Below are positions 7,674 to 16,290 of a stretch of DNA of 20,000 bases, one piece after another. The position numbers were made by a program, and so were the translations under genes. The stretch lies in sequence record SRR31156797_2530. One strand, written 5' to 3'. Below the pieces are notes generated by a model that saw nothing but the letters and a program-made list of their open reading frames with translations, searched no databases and was not told the DNA's origin. Position 1 is the stretch's first letter. The number at the start of each line of letters is the position of its first letter.

Positions 7674-9038
7674 ATGAACCAGCAAGAAACCATCTTACAT
7701 TATTTAAATCAGAAAGACTCTGAAAAATTAAAAGAACTCGTATCAGGAATGGAAGAGCTGCCGCTGTTACAATTGTTCAGCAATTTATCCGCGGATGAAA
7801 AAGTGATCGTTTTCCGACTATTACCGAAAGATAAAGCACTTATCCTGTTTGAAGATTTGACACCAGCTACACAACAACACTTATTACGCTCTTTCACCGA
7901 TGAACGGGCAACCGAGTTTGTGAACGAAATGGCACCAGATGTCCGGGTAAGACTCTTGGATGAGTTGCCAGCGACCGTAACACAAAAACTTTTACAATCA
8001 ATGGCACCGGATGAACGTGCTGCAACAAACCTCTTATTAGGGTATGAGGCTGAGACTGCTGGACGTTTGATGACACCGGAATTCATCACATTGAAAAAAG
8101 ATATGACGGTCAATCAAGCGTTAGAAAAAGTGCGAATGCAAGCCAAAGAAAAAGAAACGATTTATACGCTTTATGTTACTGATCAAACGAAAACATTAGA
8201 AGGTGTTTTGTCACTGAAAGATCTCTTAATGGCGCAAGGGGATCAACTCATCAGTGAAATCATGTCCCAAAAAGTTATTTATGTTACCACGGACACGGAC
8301 CAGGAAGAAGCGGCACGTTTGCTAAATGAACTAGATATCATTGCGCTACCAGTCGTAGACAAGGAATCGCGAATCGTTGGGATCATCACTGTCGATGACG
8401 CCATCGATGTCATCGAGCAAGAAACGACAGAAGACATGTTTAATGCCGCTGGTTTAGTCGATGTTGCTTCTAATGAAGCAGACCGTAGTAACGTTCTGAT
8501 CAACGGCACCCTTTGGCAAATTTGGAAAGTCCGATTGCCGTTCCTAGTGATCACTTTGGTTGCCGGTCTTTTAGCTGGGGTAGTCATTGATGAATTTGAA
8601 CAAACATTGGAATCGGTGGCAGCCGTTGCGATTTTTATCCCTTTGATCATGGATATGGGTGGAAACGTTGGTACACAGTCCTCAACTGTTTTTGTTCGCG
8701 GGATGTCATTAGGGCATATTGATCTTTCGACCTTCACTCGCCATTTCTTTAAAGAAGTTTGGATCGGCTTAAGTCTAGGTTTGATCGTAGGGGTCATCTC
8801 TGGGGCTGCTGCATCACTTTGGCAAGGAATCCCGATGTTAGGTGTGGCTGTTGGTATTTCGTTAGTTTTTGCCATGACCTTAGCCGCAGCACTTGGCTTC
8901 TTAGTCCCGTTTGTACTGATTAAACTAAACATCGACCAAGCAGCCGGTTCGGCACCGATCATCACATCGATCAAAGATATCGCCGGCTTGTTTATCTACT
9001 TCGTTTCAGTAAATGTTCTTTTGGGTCATTTGCTTTAG
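7674..9038 (+). CDS. mgtE: Magnesium transporter MgtE
   Basis: MgtE N-domain, YEAETAGRLMT, tandem CBS domains (LPVVD...GIITVDD), TM domain with FIPLIMDMGGNVGTQS and PIITSIKD. AAGGAG SD before the ATG at 7674. Confidence 0.96.
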   Translation: MNQQETILHYLNQKDSEKLKELVSGMEELPLLQLFSNLSADEKVIVFRLLPKDKALILFEDLTPATQQHLLRSFTDERATEFVNEMAPDVRVRLLDELPATVTQKLLQSMAPDERAATNLLLGYEAETAGRLMTPEFITLKKDMTVNQALEKVRMQAKEKETIYTLYVTDQTKTLEGVLSLKDLLMAQGDQLISEIMSQKVIYVTTDTDQEEAARLLNELDIIALPVVDKESRIVGIITVDDAIDVIEQETTEDMFNAAGLVDVASNEADRSNVLINGTLWQIWKVRLPFLVITLVAGLLAGVVIDEFEQTLESVAAVAIFIPLIMDMGGNVGTQSSTVFVRGMSLGHIDLSTFTRHFFKEVWIGLSLGLIVGVISGAAASLWQGIPMLGVAVGISLVFAMTLAAALGFLVPFVLIKLNIDQAAGSAPIITSIKDIAGLFIYFVSVNVLLGHLL

Positions 9039-9055
9039 CATACTGTCCGTTCCGG

Positions 9056-9064
9056 TGGTATAAT
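9056..9064 (+). promoter_or_regulatory. Extended -10 promoter for the rsgA leader
   Basis: TGGTATAAT, about 130 nt upstream of rsgA. Confidence 0.65.
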
Positions 9065-9111
9065 AAAGCGACATCACATGATGAGCACAACATAGAAAGG
9101 GGAAATGTCTT

Positions 9112-9159
9112 ATGACAAATCAAATGAAGCAACATCAACTCGGAGGTTTCTCTTTTTAA
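9112..9159 (+). CDS. Putative leader peptide MTNQMKQHQLGGFSF
   Basis: SD GAAAGGGG upstream of the ATG; 15 codons; overlaps a GGAGG that is complementary to the anti-SD of rsgA. Confidence 0.55.
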   Translation: MTNQMKQHQLGGFSF

Positions 9160-9190
9160 GTGCGGCCTCCTAACTAACTGGAGGGAAATC

Positions 9191-10132
9191 ATGGAAAAAC
9201 AAGGAATTGTGGTCTTTCAGGCCAAAGATATTGCAAAAGTCCGCTTGACCACAGGAGAAGAATGTTTAGCAACGGTTTCAGGAAAATTTCGCCAACAGGC
9301 ACTAGCGCCAAAGGATTATCCGATCGTTGGTGATTTTGTACAAGGACAGGTGTACGATCAAGATCATTTCTTGATTGATGCTTTGCTGCCACGAAAAAGT
9401 TTTTTACAACGAAAAGTAGCTGGAAATCGCACGGACGAGCAAGGCATTGCGGCGAACATCGACACAGTTTTTATTGCAACTAGTGCCAATGAAGAATTCA
9501 ATTTGGCTCGGTTAGAGCGCTTTGTAACGATCGCTTGGGACAGTGGGGCTAATCCGGTGATTCTCTTGACCAAAGCCGATCAAGTTACTGCTGATAAAAA
9601 AGCAGAGCTGCTGCAAGCATTAAACGATGCATTTGGTGTGAAAACATTTGCTACGTCCATTTTTGAACCAAACGAATTGCTGATGGAAACGTATTTTTCT
9701 GACGGACAGATCAGCGCATTTATCGGTTCATCTGGGGTCGGAAAGTCCAGCTTATTAAATCAGCTTATGGCGCAAGACGTTCAAAAAACCAATGACATAC
9801 GAGAGGATAGTCGAGGACGACACACGACGACGAGTCGCCAGTTGTTCACTCTGTCCTCTGGCGCAATGATCATTGATACTCCTGGCATGCGGGAAGTTGG
9901 CATCAGTACCGTCCGGTCAGCTTCGATCGACCAATCCTTTGAAGCGATCAGCCAGTATGCTGAAGGTTGTTTTTTCAGAGACTGTCGTCATGAAACAGAA
10001 CCGAAATGCGCGGTCAAAGCGGCCATTGCTGCCGGTGAACTTTCAGAAGAAGCTTTCGCCCGCTATCGTAAAATGGAAAAAGAACTGGCGTATTTGAAGC
10101 GAAAAGAACAGATCAAAGAATTGAAAAAGTAA
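9191..10132 (+). CDS. rsgA: Ribosome small subunit-dependent GTPase A (RsgA/YjeQ family), probably a second paralogue
   Basis: Circularly permuted GTPase: TKAD (G4), GSSGVGKS (G1), RGRHTT (G2), DTPG (G3); zinc finger CFFRDCRHETEPKC; N-terminal OB segment PIVGDFV. Confidence 0.95.
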   Translation: MEKQGIVVFQAKDIAKVRLTTGEECLATVSGKFRQQALAPKDYPIVGDFVQGQVYDQDHFLIDALLPRKSFLQRKVAGNRTDEQGIAANIDTVFIATSANEEFNLARLERFVTIAWDSGANPVILLTKADQVTADKKAELLQALNDAFGVKTFATSIFEPNELLMETYFSDGQISAFIGSSGVGKSSLLNQLMAQDVQKTNDIREDSRGRHTTTSRQLFTLSSGAMIIDTPGMREVGISTVRSASIDQSFEAISQYAEGCFFRDCRHETEPKCAVKAAIAAGELSEEAFARYRKMEKELAYLKRKEQIKELKK

Positions 10133-10137
10133 AAGTT

Positions 10138-10169
10138 AGCACTCCTTTCTTTAAGAGGAGTGCTTTTTT
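10138..10169 (+). terminator. Intrinsic terminator of rsgA
   Basis: AGCACTCCT-N9-AGGAGTGCT followed by TTTTT. Confidence 0.85.
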
Positions 10170-10332
10170 GTACGTGTTAAGAGAGTCTTGTTGAGTAAAG
10201 AAGAGGGACGTAGACAATGTCCTTGTGTTTTCACGAAAAGTCGGCCAATTCCACTGGGCACTACATGCTAAATGGTTGAACTAAGCTAAGAACGCCTGTC
10301 TGGTTGAAAGCTACCGTCAAGAAAGTCAGTAT

Positions 10333-10368
10333 AAAAAAACACAGTGGGGTGTTTTCCCACTGTGTTTT
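10333..10368 (-). terminator. Intrinsic terminator downstream of the DUF2200 gene
   Basis: AAAACACAGTGGG-N7-CCCACTGTGTTTT, with a T7 run on the minus strand. Confidence 0.8.
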
Positions 10369-10445
10369 GAGCAATGATTTGCCCCTGCCAAGGTATTTCA
10401 AGTATAAAGCGTTGATTCTTAAATAGCAACTCGAAAAAAATCGCC

Positions 10446-10799
10446 TCATTCAGCAGAGCGCAGAATTTTCGTCATGGCTTTTCCTTTCGCCAGTTCATCG
10501 ATCAGTTTATCTAGATAACGAATTTCTTGGACCATTGGCTCTTCGATCTCTTCTACCCGAATGCCGCAAATGACACCAGTGATCTGCTTTCGTGCGGGAT
10601 TGAGCTGAGGGGCTTGACTAAAAAAACGTTCAAAAGAAAGCTCTTCATTCATCTGTTGCAGCGTTTCTTGGTCATAACCGGTCAGCCAGGTAATAATCTG
10701 ATCCACTTCTTCTTTTGTTCGATTTTTCCGCTCTGCTTTGGCAATATATAGGGGATAGACTTTCGCGAAACTCATTTGGGTGATCTTTTGATTTTTCAT
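10446..10799 (-). CDS. DUF2200 family protein
   Basis: [34 protein letters not shown]...[14 protein letters not shown]...[23 protein letters not shown]. Confidence 0.9.
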   Translation of the reverse strand: MKNQKITQMSFAKVYPLYIAKAERKNRTKEEVDQIITWLTGYDQETLQQMNEELSFERFFSQAPQLNPARKQITGVICGIRVEEIEEPMVQEIRYLDKLIDELAKGKAMTKILRSAE

Positions 10800-10895
10800 G
10801 ATATACTCCTTTAGTCTTTACACAAAGTATACTTTATTTTCTTCGTTTTGCCGAGATTTTCGACACTTGTTGTGTGCCAAAAATAGGCGAGGGGA

Positions 10896-11183
10896 CTAAA
10901 GAATGATCTTTTCTTCTTGTTCACGAAACCCTAGAACTTTTTGACGTGACTCGCCATCCCAATAGAGTAAGTCCAAATTCTTATGCAGCATTAGCTGTGT
11001 ATATAATTCTTTCAGCGTCAGAGCGGGTTTTTTTGGTTCAAAAAATAAAATCAATTGGTTATGGCTATCTTGGGCGATCGTCGTAAAAGGAATCAGGTTT
11101 TCTTTGTAAGTTAAATAAATTCCTTGGTAATCTGCTGCACTCGACGACGTTGTCAGTGCTGTCAAGAGGTCTCTTGCTCTCAT
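10896..11183 (-). CDS. Hypothetical protein, third gene of the YolD-like operon
   Basis: 95 aa; ATGA overlap with the upstream gene. Confidence 0.75.
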   Translation of the reverse strand: MRARDLLTALTTSSSAADYQGIYLTYKENLIPFTTIAQDSHNQLILFFEPKKPALTLKELYTQLMLHKNLDLLYWDGESRQKVLGFREQEEKIIL

Positions 11184-11458
11184 AATGAACCCGCCTTTAC
11201 TGTTTTTTGTCGATAGGCATCGATATCCAACATGATTTTCGTTTTGCCGTACACCGTATACTTTTGCACCACGAATTGACGGCGCTTATTCCAATAGCCG
11301 CCCACGGTTAGAAACATACCGTCATCAACATCCCCTAAAAAATTCAAACTGTGTTTCGCAATCAAACAGTTGGTGGTACCTAGTGTAAAGCGGACCAAAG
11401 GGGAGGGGGCAAAGGAGACGATTCTTATTTTTGAGACAGATCCTTTTTGTGTTTCCAT
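11180..11458 (-). CDS. Small beta-rich (OB-fold-like) protein of the type found in Firmicute umuC/yolD cassettes
   Basis: KGSVSKIR...PLVRFTL...NCLIAKHSLNFL...VGGYWNKRRQFVVQKY; AAGGAGG SD. Confidence 0.75.
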   Translation of the reverse strand: METQKGSVSKIRIVSFAPSPLVRFTLGTTNCLIAKHSLNFLGDVDDGMFLTVGGYWNKRRQFVVQKYTVYGKTKIMLDIDAYRQKTVKAGSL

Positions 11459-11494
11459 CAGGTATTCCTCCTTTAGTAAGTAGTAAAAAGCGGA

Positions 11495-11863
11495 TCATTC
11501 GTTGAGATCAAACCATTTTTTCTCTTCATAAAAAGCAACGTGACGAATCTCATCATAATGGATTTTTTCCGTTGTTTCTCCCGTCAAATAAATACCTAAT
11601 GGGTCATAACCGCTGATTTTCCCGATAATATCTGGAGGATAGCCGCCTTCTTCATTAACTTCTTCTCGTTGGATCGCCACAGTTAGGTTCTTTTTCATGG
11701 CTTCAAATAAACACTGATTGATTTCTTCCGTTGTGAGTGACGGCTTAGGTGGACAATCAAACTTACGTGTCGGTTCCTCTTCAATTTCAGTTGTATGCTC
11801 AGATAAAAAGAATCCTTGCCACTTTAGCTTTTTTCGATCTTCATATGGTTGTAGCATACCCAT
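11495..11863 (-). CDS. YolD-like protein
   Basis: YEDRKKLKWQGFFLSEHT N-terminal motif and an SH3/WYL-like C-terminus (IIGKISGYD...IHYDEIRHV). GAGGTG SD 6 nt before the ATG at 11863; SOS box upstream. Confidence 0.8.
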   Translation of the reverse strand: MGMLQPYEDRKKLKWQGFFLSEHTTEIEEEPTRKFDCPPKPSLTTEEINQCLFEAMKKNLTVAIQREEVNEEGGYPPDIIGKISGYDPLGIYLTGETTEKIHYDEIRHVAFYEEKKWFDLNE

Positions 11864-11883
11864 AGCAATCACCTCTTATCTAT

Positions 11884-11913
11884 ATAATACAAACATACGT
11901 TCTCTTTTGTAAA
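11884..11913 (-). promoter_or_regulatory. Sigma-A promoter with a LexA (SOS/Cheo) box in the spacer
   Basis: TTTACA-18 nt-TATTAT, with GAAC-GTAT-GTTT at 11902-11891. Confidence 0.85.
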
Positions 11914-12076
11914 GCGAACAGATTTTTAAATTTCTGATTCTTCTATGAAACATCTAAAAAGGGCATCAAACAAGGGGCTAGTGGTGGGTATCGTTTTTTT
12001 GCACTATATCTGTTATAATTTATCCTGAAGCGACGATGAACGATTTGGAAAATAGCTGGCGAAAAAGGAGAATAGT

Positions 12077-12463
12077 ATGTCTGGATTAATCGTGGTCCTG
12101 CTTACGATCTACTTTGCAAGTAGGAAAGATAAAGAACAGTGGCTTTTTGATCGCAAACGATTGACTATTCTGGCGCTTATGTTTGTGATCGTCGGCATAA
12201 GTTGGGGCTTAAATGACAAAATAATGAAGGATCCTCTGAACCAAAATATTAGAAGTAATTTACTGTTTAATTATTCGTTTCCCTTATTGATATGTATGCT
12301 AGGTTTATTTATCAAAGAAATACCACGTTGGGGACGGATCGTGACTTTGTCATTTGGCTTTATGATTTTCGGGTATTTAGCTTTGCACTATTTGATAGGT
12401 TTTCACAACCCGTATTGGGAAAATCTACAGCTAAGTCCATTGTATTGGCTGCCAAGTGACTAG
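12077..12463 (+). CDS. Hypothetical membrane protein
   Basis: 128 aa with about 4 hydrophobic segments; AAAGGAG SD; TGTTATAAT at 12011-12019. Confidence 0.8.
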   Translation: MSGLIVVLLTIYFASRKDKEQWLFDRKRLTILALMFVIVGISWGLNDKIMKDPLNQNIRSNLLFNYSFPLLICMLGLFIKEIPRWGRIVTLSFGFMIFGYLALHYLIGFHNPYWENLQLSPLYWLPSD

Positions 12464-12489
12464 CCATACGAAAGTATCGCCAATGGAAA

Positions 12490-12527
12490 CGCAAAAAAGC
12501 ACTCCCTTTATTGAGTGCTTTTTTGCG
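12490..12527. terminator. Bidirectional intrinsic terminator
   Basis: CGCAAAAAAGCACTC-N8-GAGTGCTTTTTTGCG, perfect 15-bp arms. Confidence 0.88.
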
Positions 12528-12623
12528 GCTAAATAACTGCAGCAAGGTGTTTCTTTTCCCAAAAAAATAGGTTAGACCTAAGTAACGAGGGGATCATATA
12601 AGGAGAAGTCATGACTGTTTAAA

Positions 12624-13034
12624 TCAAAACGATTGATTCTTGACTAAACCGTGTCTTTTGATCATTGCCAAAGTAAAATATGCGATGAGCGTTCCTGCAA
12701 TACCAAAAAGTAAATCGATTCGATCAGGGGTGTTCATAAAGCCAAAGACAGTCTCGCTCAATAGATTGGCAATGAGTAAGAGCAGGGTCAATAGCGTGAC
12801 GGCTTTAAATGGCGCACCTACGAGAAGCCAAAAGTACCCCAGTAAGCCAATAATCAAACTAATCGAAAAATTGGAGATATGAAGATAAAAGTCAGCATAC
12901 CTCGAAGTAAAGAAAGAAATGTCCAAGTACTTTGATAAATAGAGGAAAAGGGCTGTGAACACGAAAAGTAAGTAGAGGAGTGACGCCCATAGCTTTGGTA
13001 AAAAGGCTAGCTTTAATTGATTATTCGTTTTCAT
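12624..13034 (-). CDS. Hypothetical 4-TM membrane protein (weak VanZ-like H...E...DxxD pattern)
   Basis: 136 aa; HISNF, LLSET and TPDRID motifs; AAAAGGAG SD. Confidence 0.8.
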   Translation of the reverse strand: MKTNNQLKLAFLPKLWASLLYLLFVFTALFLYLSKYLDISFFTSRYADFYLHISNFSISLIIGLLGYFWLLVGAPFKAVTLLTLLLLIANLLSETVFGFMNTPDRIDLLFGIAGTLIAYFTLAMIKRHGLVKNQSF

Positions 13035-13168
13035 TTTTATTCTCCTTTTTAGGAATTGTCAGCCATACTTATGAAATTGCTTTTATCGGGTATTAATTAC
13101 ACAAATGGAAAAACAAGCTGCAGACTAGGCAAATCAGTAGTCTGCCTAAAATGAGTTGAGGTGATAAA

Positions 13169-13400
13169 ATGACAATAATAAACAATGAGCGATTATGGTT
13201 AGGCTTAGGGGTAGAAATTATTTTGCTCATATCATTCAGCATGATTATGTATTTCATCCTGACTAGTGGCAATTTGAAGCAAAGTCCGTTCACCAGTCAA
13301 CGAAATGGAAAAATAAGCTTCTGGATAGCTGCTGGTTTGATTTTACTTGCCAACGAAATATCCTAAGTTATCTACCTGATTTTAGGGTTCTTTTTTATAG
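13169..13400 (+). pseudogene. Probable degraded membrane-protein gene
   Basis: GAGGTG SD, then a 65-aa hydrophobic ORF ending at TAA 13364-13366. Hydrophobic coding (VIYLILGFFL) continues in frame to another stop. Confidence 0.45.
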
Positions 13401-13829
13401 AATCATGTAACGGGTATTTGTTAGCATTTGCAACATCTAAGCACTAGTGTTAGAACTTTGAAACGGATTGGCTATATATGAATAAAGTTCGAGAAAAAAG
13501 CTCAAAGATTTTCAAAATGATTATAGCATACAATCAAACCGATTGGTTCGTAAATCAAGGCTAAGGCTGATAGCTTGAATCTGTATTTGCTGAGATAAAG
13601 AAAGTAGGACGACGAATCCGCAAGTACTTGCTACCAGACAGTTATCAATCTGTTAATCAGCAAATCAAAAAAAGAATCTGAAGAACATGTAAAACAAGAA
13701 ATTCTTAGTTTTAATTGAATTTTAGGTGCATTAGCGACAATCTACTGATAAAAGTCATTCGGAGGGAGGTAAAATGATACAAAATTGTTTTGAACTATTT
13801 AGAATGGCACGAACCCTTTTTTGAATGTA

Positions 13830-13867
<38 letters not shown>

Positions 13868-14209
13868 ATTTTTTAAACACCGTATTTAGCTAGTAATTGT
13901 GCGACTCTCCTCTCTCTTATTCATGATTATTTCCTTCAAATTAACCTAAATAGCAGCATAATCCAAAAAAACGGTTATTTAAGCGATAGTTTAAGATTTT
14001 TGTTTATTTTACGACTGACAAGAAAATCAATTGACAAATTATATCTGTACCTTTGTCTGTATTTGATCTTGTTGATCCTTTAATCTTTGAATTCAAACAT
14101 TGCTTGCAACTGCTAGCCAATCTCAATGAATCACTCAGCGCTTAATGAATCGCTGTTCACGATTTTATCAGTAGTGATTCGTACATAACCCAGCCAAATT
14201 TGTGCTAAC

Positions 14210-14654
14210 TAAATAGCCTAATGGGAATCTTGATCACAGGCAAACCAGCAACGATAAACAAGAAAAGTTGAGTTGCGTTCAGTTTTCACCTAAACGGATC
14301 CAATTCCCATAGCGAGTCCTAATCAAGGGATCACAGTCATCTAAGTACAATTTTCTTTTTGTTGCTGCTAATAAAGCAATGACAGCTACGGAAAGTTTCA
14401 AACTATGTAATACAGGATCGCCGAAAAGACAATGATCAAAACGACCAAAACAATGATTAGTTGATTTAAACGTCGAATAAGCAGGTTTTTCTTATTTTTT
14501 TCAAATTCTTTTCCTTCATTTCGATAATATTCTCTATCTTTTGTTCCCACGAGCGCCAACTCCTTTTCCCTGATTTTATCACTATCCTGAAAACAATGGG
14601 TGCAATCAAGGTGTTTTGTACAATAAATGGCAGTATTTTGTTAGAGCTTACCAT
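14210..14654 (-). pseudogene. Possible decayed membrane-protein gene fragments
   Basis: Hydrophobic peptide fragments (IIVLVVLIIVFSAILYYIV, SVAVIALLAA, FLFIVAGLPVI) broken by stops and frameshifts. Confidence 0.3.
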
Positions 14655-14670
14655 CGTATACGTATAGAGA

Positions 14671-15519
14671 CTAAATAAGACGACTGACGAGTTCTAAGTG
14701 ATTCATAACCGCAGCTTTCCGAATAACGCCCATACCTGGAAACGACCTTTGCTGATAGGCAGCAACTAATAGCTGCAGCCCAGCTGTTTGTGTAGGATAC
14801 TCTTCTTCATGCTGTAACAAAGCTTCCATGACTTCGAAAAACTTTTCTTTCTGATTTGGTAATTCTTCCTCAGAAAATAAGTGAACGATTCGCAAATCTT
14901 GCTCAGTTGTCGGATAGATCCAATGCAAAACCAACCGCTTTGAGGGATAACTGTGCTCATAATAAATTTTGCTATCGACAGAAAAATCACTAAACCCAGC
15001 ATAACCCAATTTTTGATAAAGATGATGGGTTTTTGAAAACCCTTCGTCCGGACATTCTGTATAAAAACTATTTTTAGGTAAACGGGTAAACGGATCTTCC
15101 ATCAGTAGTTTCGGGCCGTTGATTTTATTTAACAAACGAAACTCTTTGCCTACCAGCACCGGCAGTGTATTTTCCCGCCAATCACTAGCGAGTGCTGGGT
15201 CCGCTTGATGAACGATCCAAAGATCAGGCGTTTCTTCCACTGTTTCAATGGGTCGATCTACGATCATTGCTTTAGGGGCAGCAACATTTTGCAACTCTGC
15301 TAACCCCTCTGCAGTCAGAAAAGCCCCAGCCTGTGGATTGCGAACAAGATAAAAAGGATGCTGCTTCCTTTGAAACAGGTCAATGGTCGTCCAAAACGTT
15401 TTTGATTGCTTGACCGGTTCAATGATCGGCTGGATCGCTTCTGACAAGCGATCTTGTTCCAACAGTGCTTTCAACGCCAATAAATCAAATTGTTTTCCAC
15501 GAATATACGGGAAGTACAT
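14671..15519 (-). CDS. sce7725 family protein (related to the T4 beta-protein family)
   Basis: MYFPYIRGKQFDLLAL...IQPIIEPVK, EDPF...KNSFY, GYAGFSDFS, FPGMGVIRKAAVMNHLEL; GAAGGAG SD. Confidence 0.85.
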   Translation of the reverse strand: MYFPYIRGKQFDLLALKALLEQDRLSEAIQPIIEPVKQSKTFWTTIDLFQRKQHPFYLVRNPQAGAFLTAEGLAELQNVAAPKAMIVDRPIETVEETPDLWIVHQADPALASDWRENTLPVLVGKEFRLLNKINGPKLLMEDPFTRLPKNSFYTECPDEGFSKTHHLYQKLGYAGFSDFSVDSKIYYEHSYPSKRLVLHWIYPTTEQDLRIVHLFSEEELPNQKEKFFEVMEALLQHEEEYPTQTAGLQLLVAAYQQRSFPGMGVIRKAAVMNHLELVSRLI

Positions 15520-15534
15520 CTTCTTCTCTCCTTC

Positions 15535-16203
15535 TTACTTGCCTGATAAAAAACGTTTTTCCAGCGCTTCATAGGCTGCTCTCGTAGCGGCCAATTCTTC
15601 TTTCAAGGCTTCGATCGCTTGCAGCTGAGTATCTTCAATAAATCGATCATAGTAATTGACTCCACCACCGAACAAGTCATACTCAGGCTGGCGTTTCTTC
15701 AGTTCTTGGTACAAACGTTCTGTTGAAAATACCCGCAATCCTCGAGCAGTCTGTTTTGCTTTGCCGACTTCTCTCGCTTGTGCCGAAATCAACCGAAACA
15801 ATAAGCCATTTTCTGGAACCTGCAGCTCTTGCCGTTGGGGTTTCTTTTCGACACTGAAATACCCTTTGCTGCCCGTTTCTTTTTCAAGAAATGCATGATA
15901 GACCAAAACACCAATTGTAGGTGCAATCTGATCTTTGACTTTTTCATACAATGACTTGGGTAAGACAAAATAATTATAATTCCCAATAAAGGATAGTTTT
16001 GCTTTTGAGCGAAAATCTGCCAAACTAACTTTGAGTTCGTAGCAACGCCATTCAAATGTATTTTCAGTCGTCAAGCGACAACTCAAAGTATCCACGATGC
16101 CGTGATCATCTGGCATGACTACCTCTTCTACCACAATATCACTGTTTTCACGACAATAATAATAAAGTGCCTCTTCCATTTCTAAAGTTAAGGATGTCTT
16201 CAC
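15535..16203 (-). CDS. PD-(D/E)XK nuclease-fold protein (MmcB-like, phage-type) with a C-terminal coiled coil
   Basis: EEV...GIVD...CYELKVSLADFRS...GNYNYFVLP...IGVLV. GTG at 16203 (222 aa) is preferred because GTG at 16230 lies only 2 nt downstream of the -10 element. Confidence 0.8.
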   Translation of the reverse strand: MKTSLTLEMEEALYYYCRENSDIVVEEVVMPDDHGIVDTLSCRLTTENTFEWRCYELKVSLADFRSKAKLSFIGNYNYFVLPKSLYEKVKDQIAPTIGVLVYHAFLEKETGSKGYFSVEKKPQRQELQVPENGLLFRLISAQAREVGKAKQTARGLRVFSTERLYQELKKRQPEYDLFGGGVNYYDRFIEDTQLQAIEALKEELAATRAAYEALEKRFLSGK

Positions 16204-16232
16204 AAATTCACGACCTTTATCTTGTTTCACCT

Positions 16233-16251
16233 ATTATAAAACATATGTTCG
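16233..16251 (-). promoter_or_regulatory. LexA (SOS) box abutting a TATAAT -10 element
   Basis: Minus strand CGAAC-ATAT-GTTT-TATAAT. Confidence 0.85.
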
Positions 16252-16290
16252 CATTTTAAAAGAGGGAAATAAAAGCAACCTATCATCCCC

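Noticed and set aside
7523-7723. 66-aa ORF across the mgtE leader as a leader peptide
   Set aside because: No SD and no Pro-rich or other recognisable sensing pattern; RNA structure explains the region better.
8279-8974. 231-aa antisense ORF inside mgtE, and similar shadow ORFs inside other genes
   Set aside because: They lie entirely opposite or within well-supported genes and lack SDs and motifs.
10275-10312. Direct repeat TGGTTGAA, two copies
   Set aside because: Only two short copies, with no array structure and no cas genes; not a CRISPR.
13120-13146. Inverted repeat GCAGACTA-N10-TAGTCTGC between divergent genes
   Set aside because: It could be an operator, but an 8-bp arm with no second copy or recognisable regulator is too little to support a claim.
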